Origin: Bacteroidales bacterium
GTDB taxonomy: Bacteria; Bacteroidota; Bacteroidia; Bacteroidales; WCHB1-69
Direction of reading: 5' to 3'
NCBI GenBank assembly: GCA_017506175.1
Contig: JAFVNW010000002.1
Coordinates: 11,636-75,635, forward strand
DNA length: 64,000 nucleotides
Shown: positions 19,115 through 28,755 of the stretch, piece by piece
Layout of the letters: each line of letters begins with the position of its first letter
Position numbering within the stretch: position 1 is the stretch's first letter
The notes under the pieces: generated by a model
Database searches by the model: none
Told to the model about the DNA's origin: nothing
The model's input: the letters and a program-made list of their open reading frames with translations, nothing else
Made by a program: the position numbers and the translations under genes

Positions 19115-20512
19115 TTAGGCATCGATGCCAATTGTCGCTTCCAGCTCTGCCACCGTCTTTGGGATGGCTTTGCCTAAAACTTTGTGTCCCTTTTCGGTCA
19201 CGGCTACGCAGTCTTCCACGCGGATGCCGCCGAAGCTGAGGTAGCTGTCCAGTTTGCTATAGTTGATGAAGTCGGCGAGGTGCTTCTCGGCGCGCCACAT
19301 CTCTATCAACTTGGGAATGAAGTAGATGCCTGGTTCCACCGTCATCACGATGCCTGGTTCGAGGCGGCGGGCCATACGCAGATTGCAGGTGCCGAAGAGT
19401 TCGCTGCGCTTGAACTCGTCGTCGTAGCCGACGTAGTCTTCGCCCAAACCTTCCATGTCATGAACGTCCAGTCCGATCTGGTGTCCGAGGCCGTGCGGGA
19501 AGAAGAGCGCGTGCGCACCCAACCTTACGCCTTCCTTCACATCGCCCTTCATCAGGCCGAGGTCTTTCAGCCCCTGCATGATGATTTCGGCGGCGGCGAA
19601 ATGTATGTCGCGGTAGGGCGTGCCGGCTTTCACCATCTTGATACCCGCCATGTTGGCTTTCAGGACAATTTCGTAGATGTTCCGCTGCTTTTCGGTGAAC
19701 TTGCCGTTGACGGGGAAGGAGCGCGTATAATCGGAGCAGTAGTTCATCAGCCCCTCAATGCCCGCATCCATCAACAGCAATTTGCCGGATTTGAGTTTCA
19801 CGTTGTGGTCGGCGTTGTGGAAGATCTCGCCGTGTTGGGAGAGGATGATGCCGAAAGAGATGCCGTTGCCGTAGCCAGTGGCGACGCCGTCAGCCAAGCC
19901 GACGAGGCGGTGCTCGGTACCGCCCACTTTGCAGTTGCGTTGAACGGTCGTGTGCATGGTATAGGCCATGTCGGCGGCCTTCTCCATCTCCGCAATCTCG
20001 CGGTCCTCTTTCACGGAACGCATCGATACAATCGCCTTGATTAAGTCAATGGAAGCGTAATTGTTCACTTTGTTGACGTTCTTTTTCAACAAATTGGCCA
20101 GTGTGATCTGATTGTCGAAGCGGTATTGTTTCACGAAGTGGATTTTGCGATTGCTGTTGGTGGCGAGATAATCCTCCAACTTGGCCAGCGGCATCGATTC
20201 GGAGACACCCACCTGAGCGGCGAGATCGCGGATGGCGGGTTGGTCGCCCACCCAGATGATGTCGTCGATGGTGACATCGTCGCCGAAAAGAATGGTGCGG
20301 TTCTCGTCAATGTCGATGATGGCGGCCAATGAGGGGGCCGTCAAGCCGAAATAATAGATGAAATTGCTGTCCTGACGGAACGTGTAGCAGTTGGCTGGGT
20401 AGTTCATCGGACTTTCGTTGTTGCCGAGGAACAAGATGATTCCAGATTGTACTTTTTGCGCCAATTTTTCGCGGCGCGCAACATAAACGGATTTTTCAAA
20501 TAAAGGATTCAT
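19115..20512 (-). CDS. pepP: Xaa-Pro aminopeptidase (M24B)
   Basis: FRQDSNFIYYFG AMP_N domain; DAG...SDYTR, PHGLGHQIGLDVHD, TVEPGIYF and GGIRVED metal ligands. Confidence 0.9.
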   Translation of the reverse strand: MNPLFEKSVYVARREKLAQKVQSGIILFLGNNESPMNYPANCYTFRQDSNFIYYFGLTAPSLAAIIDIDENRTILFGDDVTIDDIIWVGDQPAIRDLAAQVGVSESMPLAKLEDYLATNSNRKIHFVKQYRFDNQITLANLLKKNVNKVNNYASIDLIKAIVSMRSVKEDREIAEMEKAADMAYTMHTTVQRNCKVGGTEHRLVGLADGVATGYGNGISFGIILSQHGEIFHNADHNVKLKSGKLLLMDAGIEGLMNYCSDYTRSFPVNGKFTEKQRNIYEIVLKANMAGIKMVKAGTPYRDIHFAAAEIIMQGLKDLGLMKGDVKEGVRLGAHALFFPHGLGHQIGLDVHDMEGLGEDYVGYDDEFKRSELFGTCNLRMARRLEPGIVMTVEPGIYFIPKLIEMWRAEKHLADFINYSKLDSYLSFGGIRVEDCVAVTEKGHKVLGKAIPKTVAELEATIGIDA

Positions 20513-20614
20513 GCTATTGATGATTTAGTTTTTTGCTTTTAAGGGAGTCTCGCGTTTGATGCGAACACAAAATTATAAAAAGTATAATATATAATAAAGA
20601 TGATGGATTGGAAA

Positions 20615-21484
20615 TTAATTCTTTTTTGGTGCTTGGGGTTCCACGTAGTGCGGGATTTTTTCTTTCTTTACAATGGAATAAATCAACAGGCAAATGCCGA
20701 GTAGAGTGAGCGGAATACTGAGCCTCTGGCCGATGTTGAGGACCATGTCGGCCTCTTTCGCCACTTGGTCGGCTTTCAGAAATTCGATGAAAAAGCGGGA
20801 GGCAAAAATGGTGGTTATCATAATGCCCGAAGTTCTTCCGGGAGGCACATTGCCCTTGGCGAATTTGAAGTAGTAAATCATCAGGATAATGAACAAGGTG
20901 AGATAGACAAGGGACTCGTAGAGTTGGGAAGGATGACGGAAAGTGCCGGCGGGATCTTCAGCCAGCATGAAGTCGAACGCCCACGGTACATTGGCGATGC
21001 TGCCCACAATCTCGTGGTTCATCAGGTTGCCGAAGCGCACGAATGCGGCGGCGATGGGCACGGCTATCGCCACTCGGTCAAGCAGCCAGCAGAAGTTCAT
21101 CTTGCGGGTCCATGTGTAGTAGATTAGCCAAATCAGGATGGCAATGGCCGCACCATGACTCGCCAGTCCCTGATAACCGATGAAGTGCCACTGCTCGTCC
21201 ACTGGAAGAAGCACTTGCAGCGGATGCGCAATCAGATATTCCGGCTCATAAAACAGGAAATGCCCCAGACGCAACCCCACAATCGTCCATACAATCGTCC
21301 AAATGACAAAGTGGTCGAGCAGTTTCTGCGAGAGGTTCTCTTTCTTGAAAATTTTCTGAAGAGCCAAATATGCCAGAATAAAACCCGTGGCTAACAGAAT
21401 GCCGTACCATCTCACTTGCAGGCTGCCGATTGAAAAAGCGACAGGGTCAACGGACCAGGTGACAAAAGCCAAAATACTGTTCAT
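20615..21484 (-). CDS. lgt: Prolipoprotein diacylglyceryl transferase
   Basis: VRWYG, RLGH, GLASHG, RFGNLMNHEIVG, RHPSQLYES, RFFIEF. Confidence 0.96.
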   Translation of the reverse strand: MNSILAFVTWSVDPVAFSIGSLQVRWYGILLATGFILAYLALQKIFKKENLSQKLLDHFVIWTIVWTIVGLRLGHFLFYEPEYLIAHPLQVLLPVDEQWHFIGYQGLASHGAAIAILIWLIYYTWTRKMNFCWLLDRVAIAVPIAAAFVRFGNLMNHEIVGSIANVPWAFDFMLAEDPAGTFRHPSQLYESLVYLTLFIILMIYYFKFAKGNVPPGRTSGIMITTIFASRFFIEFLKADQVAKEADMVLNIGQRLSIPLTLLGICLLIYSIVKKEKIPHYVEPQAPKKN

Positions 21485-21644
21485 TCGATTTTTTTTTAAT
21501 TCGGCTGCAAAGATACTTAATTAATGGTTAATGGTTAGTGGTTAATGATTAAATTTTTGACATTGCTATTTGATTCTACACTTTAGCGAATAATTGAATC
21601 AACCATTCAACGTTTCAACAATTTGCTGTATTTTTGCCGTCCAA

Positions 21645-22880
21645 ATGAAACAACCTACTTTTGCCATCTACACTTTGGGCTGCAAGCTCAACTACAGCGA
21701 GTCCTCCGACCTGTCGCGTCAATTGGTGAACGCGGGCTTTTCGTATGCTGAGCACCCCGACTACATCATCCTTAATAGTTGCGCTGTCACGGCGGTGGCG
21801 GAAAAGAAAGCCCGCAACCTTGTGGCACACCTTCACCGCGAGTATCCTGATTCGCAGATTGTGGTCACCGGCTGCTATGCCGCCCTCCGTCCGAAGGAAA
21901 TTCAGCAGTGGCCTGGCGTGGTCGCCACCTTCGGCAACGAGGACAAGATGAATGTGCTGCCTTTCCTGAGAGGGGAGTCCCTGCCCACCAATCCGCCCTT
22001 CTTCCCAGCGTTTTCAAGCAGCGACCGCACACGCTCGTTCCTGAAAATACAGGATGGTTGCGACTACCACTGCACCTACTGCACGGTTTGGCGCGCCCGT
22101 GGTGAGAGCCGTAGCGACAATATCGAACACGTTTTGCACGAAATTGAACAGATTCATTCGATGGGTATCAAGGAGATAAATCTGACAGGTGTGAATTTGG
22201 GCGATTTCGGCAGAAAGAACGGCACCAACTTTTACGAGTTGCTTCAAGCCATTGAAAAGCAGGATTCCGGCATCCGCATCCGTATCTCCTCCATCGAACC
22301 GAATCTGCTGACGGATGAAATCATTGCTTTGGCCGCTGAGTCAAGGATGATTATGCCCCATTTCCACATTCCGTTGCAGTCGGCAAGCGACCGTGTGTTG
22401 GGGCTGATGCGCCGTCGTTACCAACGGGACTTGTACGCACACAAAGTGGCGAAAATCAAGGAGTTGATGCCGCATGCTTGCATTGCGATGGACATTATCG
22501 CGGGCTTTCCTACGGAGACAGAGGAGGAGTTTGCCGACGGATTGGAGTGGTTGGAGGCGTTGCCTATCAGTTACTTGCATGTTTTCACCTACTCCCGTCG
22601 TCCGAACACGATTGCGGCGGAGATGGTCGGGCAGATACCGTCGCCGGTGAAAAAAGACCGCACCAACCGGCTGCTGGCTTTGTCGGAAGCGAAAAAACAC
22701 ATCTTCTATAACAGCCACATTGGAGAAACAAGACCCGTCTTGCTGGAGTCGGAATCCAAGAATAACTGGATGTTCGGCTTCACAGACAACTACATCAAGG
22801 TGAGAATTCCGTTCGATGAGGGGAAAATCAACGCGATAGAAAACATTGTTTTGACGGAAGAAAATCTCGAATTGAGTTAG
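21645..22880 (+). CDS. mtaB: tRNA t6A37 methylthiotransferase MtaB
   Basis: TLGCKLNYSES, NSCAVT, TGCYA, LKIQDGCDYHCTYC, HVFTYSRRPNT. Confidence 0.93.
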   Translation: MKQPTFAIYTLGCKLNYSESSDLSRQLVNAGFSYAEHPDYIILNSCAVTAVAEKKARNLVAHLHREYPDSQIVVTGCYAALRPKEIQQWPGVVATFGNEDKMNVLPFLRGESLPTNPPFFPAFSSSDRTRSFLKIQDGCDYHCTYCTVWRARGESRSDNIEHVLHEIEQIHSMGIKEINLTGVNLGDFGRKNGTNFYELLQAIEKQDSGIRIRISSIEPNLLTDEIIALAAESRMIMPHFHIPLQSASDRVLGLMRRRYQRDLYAHKVAKIKELMPHACIAMDIIAGFPTETEEEFADGLEWLEALPISYLHVFTYSRRPNTIAAEMVGQIPSPVKKDRTNRLLALSEAKKHIFYNSHIGETRPVLLESESKNNWMFGFTDNYIKVRIPFDEGKINAIENIVLTEENLELS

Positions 22881-22915
22881 TTTTTATAACTTGCAACTCC
22901 AAATTTCCAACTGTA

Positions 22916-23653
22916 TTACAGCCACTTGCATCTTGTAATCCCCCACTTTTGCAGGCGGTAGCAGAGAGAGGTGTGGATGACGCCGAAGCCGTATTTCACA
23001 CTCCGTCGGAAGTTGATGGAGGAGGCCTCAGGGAAGTACTTCGTAGGGCAGGTGATTTCCGCAATTTCGAAGCCTGCGTAGAAGATCTGCGCAATCATTT
23101 GATTATCAAACACAAAGTCATCAGAGTTCGCCATAAAATTGATGCTTTGCAGAACCTCTTTGGAAAAAGCGCGGTAACCAGTGTGGTATTCTGCCAACTT
23201 CTCGTTCATCACGAAGTTCTGGAATGCGGTTAAAAGTCTGTTAAAGAAGTACTTGTAGCGGGGCATTCCACCCTTGAGCGCGCCCTTGCCGAGGATGCGC
23301 GACCCTAATACGACGGGATAGACCTCATTGGAAATCAGGTAGCACATCGACTCAATCAGCTTGGGGGAGTATTGGTAGTCGGGGTGGAGCATCACCACAA
23401 TGTCCGCCCCCAGAGACAAAGCCGTCTGGTAGCAGGTTTTCTGGTTGGCCCCGTAGCCCTTGTTCTCCTCGTGTTGTATAATGTGTCGGATGCCAAGTTT
23501 TCCCGCTACTTTCACCGTTTCGTCGGAGGATTTGTCATCCACCAACACCACTTCGTCCACGATGGAAAAGGGAATTTCGTTGTAAGTGGCTTCCAAGGTG
23601 GCGGCGGCGTTGTAGGCCGGCAGTACGACGCAGATTTTTTTGTCTTTCAACAT
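22916..23653 (-). CDS. Glycosyltransferase family 2 (DPM-synthase-like)
   Basis: VVLPAYNAA, VDDKSSD, GYGANQK, MLHPDYQY. Confidence 0.9.
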   Translation of the reverse strand: MLKDKKICVVLPAYNAAATLEATYNEIPFSIVDEVVLVDDKSSDETVKVAGKLGIRHIIQHEENKGYGANQKTCYQTALSLGADIVVMLHPDYQYSPKLIESMCYLISNEVYPVVLGSRILGKGALKGGMPRYKYFFNRLLTAFQNFVMNEKLAEYHTGYRAFSKEVLQSINFMANSDDFVFDNQMIAQIFYAGFEIAEITCPTKYFPEASSINFRRSVKYGFGVIHTSLCYRLQKWGITRCKWL

Positions 23654-23715
23654 TGTTTTGAACGGTGATTAGTGGGCAGGAACTGTTGTTTATCAATTAT
23701 GTTCCCTACCCCGAT

Positions 23716-25551
23716 TCAGTGTTCCAACTTCCGCAGGAGGTAGAGTACGTTTCCTTCTTTTTCGTAGAGGTCGGGGCGGTAGTTGATGTCGCCGTTGAAA
23801 TCCACGTAGCAGGTGAAGTATTCGATGAAGAGCGGCATCTTTTTCTTCAGGAAGACATTGGTGGGGCGCAATGGGCGGTAGAAGATGGTATCTTCGGGGG
23901 CAAGTTTGTCAAAATACTCCTCTTCCTTCTTCTCGCGTTCTTCTAAAAATTCTTCGCCCTTTTCTGTGGTGGGTTCATCGCCGAGGATAATGTAAGTCTG
24001 CTCCAGTTTTACGGTGTCGTAGTCGTTCATCACCAGCAGTTGGCGCATCAGTTCGCGAGGCTTTTCCACGCGGATGCAGCCGTGGCTCAGTGCGCGGTTG
24101 CGGCGTTTGAAGGCACTTGGAATGTCGGTGTCGTGCAGGTACACCGACTCCGAATTGGGGAAATTGAACTTCACACTGCCCAACGCGTTCCATTTTCCTG
24201 AACTTTGAACCAGCTTGTATGGGATGTTCTTTTGACGTACCTTATGCCAGTTGATGGTTTCCGGCAGCACCTCTTTCTTGGTTTTCAAATCCACTAGATA
24301 GTAGTGGTGTTTCTGGATGTAACCTGGGTTCTTAAGGAATTTGGGGTAGTACTCATCGGCGAAAATCGTTTCGGGCACGTTCCATTCGGGGTTGAGTACA
24401 ATCATATTGATTTCGCTGTAGAGCAGTGGCGACTCGCTTTTGATGCAGCGCAGCAGCTTCTCGCCGTCGTAGGTGTCTGCGCGGCGTTTTACTGGGTATT
24501 TGCCGCAGCAGATTTTCATTGTCAGTAGGGTGTCTTGGCATTTGGACACGAGGTGAAAGTCGGCGGGGTTGACGGCGATGTAGTTCTCACCTTTCTGGTG
24601 GGTGGTTTTCCAGCGCATGCGCTCAAGGTTGGTGGAAATCTTGTGGATGTAATACTTCGGTTGTTCATTGAGCATGTCGATGGTTTCGGCGCCGATGGTG
24701 TCGCCTTCAGGAATGCCGCGCGTGTAGCGGAAGTGGTTGAGACCTTTCAGCAATGGTTCGTCGAAGATGTCGGTGGGGGCATAGTCGGCGGGCATTTCGC
24801 CTAAAAAGCGCAGACGTTCGCCCACCAGTTTCACATTGGCAACTTGCTGCGACTTTTTCGCCCTGATGTATGGTATTTGGGGAAGTACCGTGTCGCCCAA
24901 GGCAAGGAATTTCTTCAGCTCTGTCTGTAGCTTCACGTAATTGGTGTCGGTTGGTTGAACGCTCGACAGATAGTTTTTTACGTTTTTCATCTCCTCCAAT
25001 GTCGTTTTGATGAACGTCTCATCGGGATAGATGGTTTCGTAGAGCCATTTGCCGCCGTTCACCTCCTTAGGGTCGGTGGCCCCGTAGGAGAGGTCTTTGG
25101 CGTATTGAACGTAGGCGTCGGTGAGCAGGAGCTCCGCTTGCGCCAACATGTCGTAGAGGTTTTCGGCGGTCTTCACCTTGCCGGTTTTCAGCGAGTCAAT
25201 CAGTTTGTTGAAAGTGGTGTAGCCGAACACGTTCGGGGATAGGCCGTGTTCGTCGGAATGGGCGATGAATTCCATCAACTCCGCCACGCGCTCCTCTTGG
25301 TAGCCGCTTGCCGTCCAGTAGGGTGCTTTTTCTTTGTCGTAATACGCCTTGATTTGGGCGGAAAAAGCGACATCTGCATCTGTTAAAGCTTCTATTTTCT
25401 TTGTTAAAAATGCCTGATACTCATTTTCTTGAAAGAAATGGTACTGCTTGAGCCAGTGGGGGGGCTTCTCAACCCCTTTGTTCCGGCAGGCCGCGAACAG
25501 CACCGTCAGTGCGATGAAAAACAGAAGTATGGGGCGTTTTGAAGGAATCAT
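23716..25551 (-). CDS. L,D-transpeptidase (YcbB/LdtD-like) lipoprotein
   Basis: Lipobox FAAC, NLERMRW, NPEWNVP, LGSVKFNFPN, YLHDT...SHGCIRV. Confidence 0.9.
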   Translation of the reverse strand: MIPSKRPILLFFIALTVLFAACRNKGVEKPPHWLKQYHFFQENEYQAFLTKKIEALTDADVAFSAQIKAYYDKEKAPYWTASGYQEERVAELMEFIAHSDEHGLSPNVFGYTTFNKLIDSLKTGKVKTAENLYDMLAQAELLLTDAYVQYAKDLSYGATDPKEVNGGKWLYETIYPDETFIKTTLEEMKNVKNYLSSVQPTDTNYVKLQTELKKFLALGDTVLPQIPYIRAKKSQQVANVKLVGERLRFLGEMPADYAPTDIFDEPLLKGLNHFRYTRGIPEGDTIGAETIDMLNEQPKYYIHKISTNLERMRWKTTHQKGENYIAVNPADFHLVSKCQDTLLTMKICCGKYPVKRRADTYDGEKLLRCIKSESPLLYSEINMIVLNPEWNVPETIFADEYYPKFLKNPGYIQKHHYYLVDLKTKKEVLPETINWHKVRQKNIPYKLVQSSGKWNALGSVKFNFPNSESVYLHDTDIPSAFKRRNRALSHGCIRVEKPRELMRQLLVMNDYDTVKLEQTYIILGDEPTTEKGEEFLEEREKKEEEYFDKLAPEDTIFYRPLRPTNVFLKKKMPLFIEYFTCYVDFNGDINYRPDLYEKEGNVLYLLRKLEH

Positions 25552-25561
25552 TTGATTTCAG

Positions 25562-26881
25562 TTACGCATTGCGATGGTTCTCGTTAAACAGTTTGGCACG
25601 TTCTTCGAGGGCTGGGAATTGGTTGCGGTTCACGAGGGAGACGCAAGCGCGGAGACCTTCGGTGCGGGTGCTGTTGCACATGGCCAAAGAGATGGCGCTG
25701 ATGCCGTAGCAAAGCAGTTCGTGCAGCAGCTGTTCGCCGGTGAGGCCGGGATAGGCAAGTGTGAAGTAGAATCCGTCGGCGAGCGGTTTGTCTTCGTCGT
25801 GGTCATATACGATTTTGAAGCCGTTGTCGGTGAATATTTTCTTCATGATTTGGGCTTTTTCGCCGTATTCCTTCACATCGTCCAAGTAGTTGTAGGTGCC
25901 GTCGTTGCAGGCCTTGAGGATGGCGGCCATGGCGTATTGGGCGGAGTGGGAGGTGCCGGAGCTGATGGCATAGACGGTGCCGTAGATGATGGCGCGGCCG
26001 AGAATAGGGGTGCCGAAATATGGAGTGAGGTCGGGGAACTGGCGGTCAAACAGTTTGTCGGAGATACAGAGCATGCCGATTCGTTCGCCAGCGTAGCTGA
26101 AGGCCTTGGAGCTGGAAATCAGCAGCGCGTAGTTGTCGGTGTATTTGCCCACGCTGGGTTGATACGGAGGTTGACCGGGGGTGGAAATGTCGCGGCGGAA
26201 GTCCATGCCGAAGTAGGCGAGATCCTCAATGACTACCACATCGTATTTCGTGGCCAGCTCGCCAATGATTTGCAACTCCTTGTCGGTGAAGCAGATCCAA
26301 GACGGGTTGTTGGGGTTGGAATAGACGATGGAGTGGATGTGTCCTTGCTTGAGGTAGCTTTCGAGTTTGTCGCGCAGTTTGTCGCCACGGAAGTCATACA
26401 CATCGAAGGTCTCGAATTTGAGGCCGTTGATGCGGTGTTGGTTTTTCTGAACAGGGAAGCCCGGGTCGATAAAGAGGGTGGTGTCTTTTTCCTTGTGCAA
26501 GCGGGCAAAGGTCATGAAGCAGGCAAGACCGCCCATCATCGAGCCGACGGTAGGGATGCAGGAGCTGGGAGCAATGTCAAGGTCGATGAAGTTCTTGACG
26601 AAGCGCGACATCTCCTTTTTCAGTTCGGGAGTGCCTTCAATATCGGGATACCAAGTGGCAATGCCGTTTTTTAGGGCTTCGATTTGGGCTTCTACACCGA
26701 TTTTGCAGGCTGGAATGCCTGGAATGCCCATCTCCATGCGAACGAACTTAACGCCCGACTCCTTCTCGATGTCGTTGATGAGTCTTTTCGTTTCGCGGAT
26801 GGAGGCTTTGCTTACGTCTTTAATGCCGTTGGCGGCAATCATTCTGTCAACCAATTCACGTGATATGGGTGTCTGTTTCAT
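25562..26881 (-). CDS. PLP-dependent aminotransferase class I/II
   Basis: YSNPNNP, EDLAY, SSSKAFSYAGERIG. Confidence 0.9.
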   Translation of the reverse strand: MKQTPISRELVDRMIAANGIKDVSKASIRETKRLINDIEKESGVKFVRMEMGIPGIPACKIGVEAQIEALKNGIATWYPDIEGTPELKKEMSRFVKNFIDLDIAPSSCIPTVGSMMGGLACFMTFARLHKEKDTTLFIDPGFPVQKNQHRINGLKFETFDVYDFRGDKLRDKLESYLKQGHIHSIVYSNPNNPSWICFTDKELQIIGELATKYDVVVIEDLAYFGMDFRRDISTPGQPPYQPSVGKYTDNYALLISSSKAFSYAGERIGMLCISDKLFDRQFPDLTPYFGTPILGRAIIYGTVYAISSGTSHSAQYAMAAILKACNDGTYNYLDDVKEYGEKAQIMKKIFTDNGFKIVYDHDEDKPLADGFYFTLAYPGLTGEQLLHELLCYGISAISLAMCNSTRTEGLRACVSLVNRNQFPALEERAKLFNENHRNA

Positions 26882-27016
26882 ATTAGATGTTTTTATTGAT
26901 TATTTTGATTTTCTTAATGAATTGTAAATGAACATGGTAATAAATCCCGATTCACGCGGCAAAGGTACGAATAATAATTGATTATTTAGTACTTTTGCAG
27001 CCTAAAAAAATGTGCT

Positions 27017-27610
27017 ATGTTTGAAGACACTTTTGAGGAAAATGGACGCGTGGGACTGCGCTCTTGCGAGGGTGAAAATCTGGTGCCCGCCATTTACGAC
27101 GACTTGCTTTACAACAGCGACCCTTCCCAGCCGCTTCCGGCGCGCAGGGCTAACCGTTGGGGACTGGTGCTCCCCGATGGCAAGGGAACGCCCATAACCG
27201 GCTTCGATTTTGATAACATGTTCTTTGTCAATAGATTGAATTTGTTCCGCGTTTTCGTTGACGGGAAGAAGAACCTCCTCACTTTGGAGGGGAAGCTGCT
27301 GTTTCCCTATTGGGCAAGTGCGATGGAAATCCGCGAGGAGCTGGACTATATGTCGCTGACGGTGGGGGATAAGCTGGGGTTGTTTTTCTTTTCCGAAAAA
27401 TACTTCATTCCGGCGGAGTACGACGAGATGCGGACGGCCCGCGGCGTAGAGGATGCCTCCCCCGACATCTACATCCGACAAGGCGTCAGGGTTTTCCGCG
27501 TTGTTGAATCCGAAAAGCGGTTGGAGGAGTTGAAGGAGCTTTCGGCGTGGGAGGCGCTTGCCCCCGACGAAGACATCTGTCCGGTGGATGTGCCTGTGGA
27601 CTTCTGCTAA
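27017..27610 (+). CDS. WG-repeat-like hypothetical protein
   Basis: Repeated G(R/K)xG(L/F)...P.xYD units (NGRVGL...VPAIYDD; NRWGLV...GFDFD; GDKLGL...IPAEYDE). Confidence 0.55.
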   Translation: MFEDTFEENGRVGLRSCEGENLVPAIYDDLLYNSDPSQPLPARRANRWGLVLPDGKGTPITGFDFDNMFFVNRLNLFRVFVDGKKNLLTLEGKLLFPYWASAMEIREELDYMSLTVGDKLGLFFFSEKYFIPAEYDEMRTARGVEDASPDIYIRQGVRVFRVVESEKRLEELKELSAWEALAPDEDICPVDVPVDFC

Positions 27611-27769
27611 GTAGGGAATCTTTAATAATTGTTAAAAGGGTGGCGGCGCGTAAACTATTCGATGGGTTTGTGCGTTATTGCGTTGTTTTAAATCAAAAGC
27701 CTATCGAGTGATTTTTACTATGTGTAATTAAAAAACAAGACACAAATGTTTTTTTAGTATGCATGTAAG

Positions 27770-28276
27770 ATGAAAGTCACTGAGATTCTCTATGATGTTT
27801 TCCCAGCGTCCTTGATGGCTGCCGCGGGAAATAATGTTGAGATTACTTCCATTCAGATCAATTGTAAAATTGGAGATGAAACCTGTCAGTTTTTTATGCG
27901 CAACAAGGCTGTAACCGACGTTGAATTGAAGTTGAAGGGAGAACCGCTTTACCGAACATCCTTGAGTAACATCGTGATGATGGAGACCGACACAGGGAAG
28001 GGAGGCGGAACCAACAACAAAATCGTCTATTTTAGAGATCGTGGTCCGGGTGTACTGGTCAATTTTTCATTCAAGAAAGACATAGCGGGGAAATTGCATC
28101 TTACTGAAGGCGAGTTGGTAAGGGTGAATCGCTGGTGTTGGGTCAATCCCAGTTGTTTGTTGGAAATCGGGAACGGAAAATTCCGAATTTCTTATATCGA
28201 TGCCGATATGCAGCGCGTCACTCGCGACATTCTGTGCAGCCGCCGTATGCAACAGTCGTTCAAAAAGTGCATTTAA
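27770..28276 (+). CDS. Stand-alone LytTR-like DNA-binding protein without a receiver domain
   Basis: LSNIVMMET...LVRVNRWCWVNPSCLLEI...ILCSRRMQQSFKK aligns by eye with the LytTR pattern I.YIE...F.R.HRS.IVN...I.VSRR. Confidence 0.6.
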   Translation: MKVTEILYDVFPASLMAAAGNNVEITSIQINCKIGDETCQFFMRNKAVTDVELKLKGEPLYRTSLSNIVMMETDTGKGGGTNNKIVYFRDRGPGVLVNFSFKKDIAGKLHLTEGELVRVNRWCWVNPSCLLEIGNGKFRISYIDADMQRVTRDILCSRRMQQSFKKCI

Positions 28277-28351
28277 TCCACTGTTAATATTCATTTTATT
28301 GCCGAAATCGGTGATTCGTTGCCCCTCCTGTTTTTTTACAAAAAAAACATC

Positions 28352-28359
28352 TATTTTTG
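28352..28359 (+). promoter_or_regulatory. -7 promoter box (TATTTTTG) for a short transcript
   Basis: Matches TAnnTTTG; no ORF longer than 60 aa follows before the next terminator. Confidence 0.6.
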
Positions 28360-28364
28360 CGTCA

Positions 28365-28568
28365 TCTAAGAAAGGAGACGTAGAAAATGATAATCTTGAA
28401 ATTGGATGGTCATATCGAACAAGAACAACGTAACCTGTCCATGCTGTTTTTCATGGACAACGCTTCAAGGCATCATCCACTACTAAACCGTACGGCTCTT
28501 GAAACTTCGACCTTGATTTGACTGCCGACGGATAGGGGCGGCGGACTGGTTCTGCCGCCTTCTTTTTT
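28365..28568 (+). ncRNA. Candidate small RNA of about 200 nt (may also encode a 44-aa peptide, 28387-28521)
   Basis: Bounded by a -7 box and a GC-rich terminator; contains the hairpin tgtccatg/catggaca and the 18-nt motif GGCTCTTGAAACTTCGAC. Confidence 0.45.
28536..28568 (+). terminator. Intrinsic terminator of the candidate small RNA
   Basis: ggcggcgga-ctggt-tctgccgcc followed by ttctttttt. Confidence 0.8.
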
Positions 28569-28687
28569 AGGAAATCACTTCACTGTTCACCGATTTCTGC
28601 TCCCTTTTAAGCGATGTACCACTAATGTAATTAACATAGTTTGTATATTTTTATGAATTAAAAACATCCATTATGATTAAAAAGTTG

Positions 28688-28695
28688 TATTTTTG
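28688..28695 (+). promoter_or_regulatory. -7 promoter box (TATTTTTG) for the leader and lipoprotein operon
   Basis: TAnnTTTG match about 270 nt upstream of ATG 28964. Confidence 0.6.
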
Positions 28696-28755
28696 CCGCG
28701 TTTTCGTGTGAAAGCATAGGTTCTTTTTTATAGAAAAAAAACGTGCTGAAAAGTA

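Noticed and set aside
25574-26674. 366-aa antisense ORF (similar ones at 32128-33315, 40264-41175 and 50233-51150)
   Set aside because: Each lies fully opposite a well-supported gene and has no recognisable family features.
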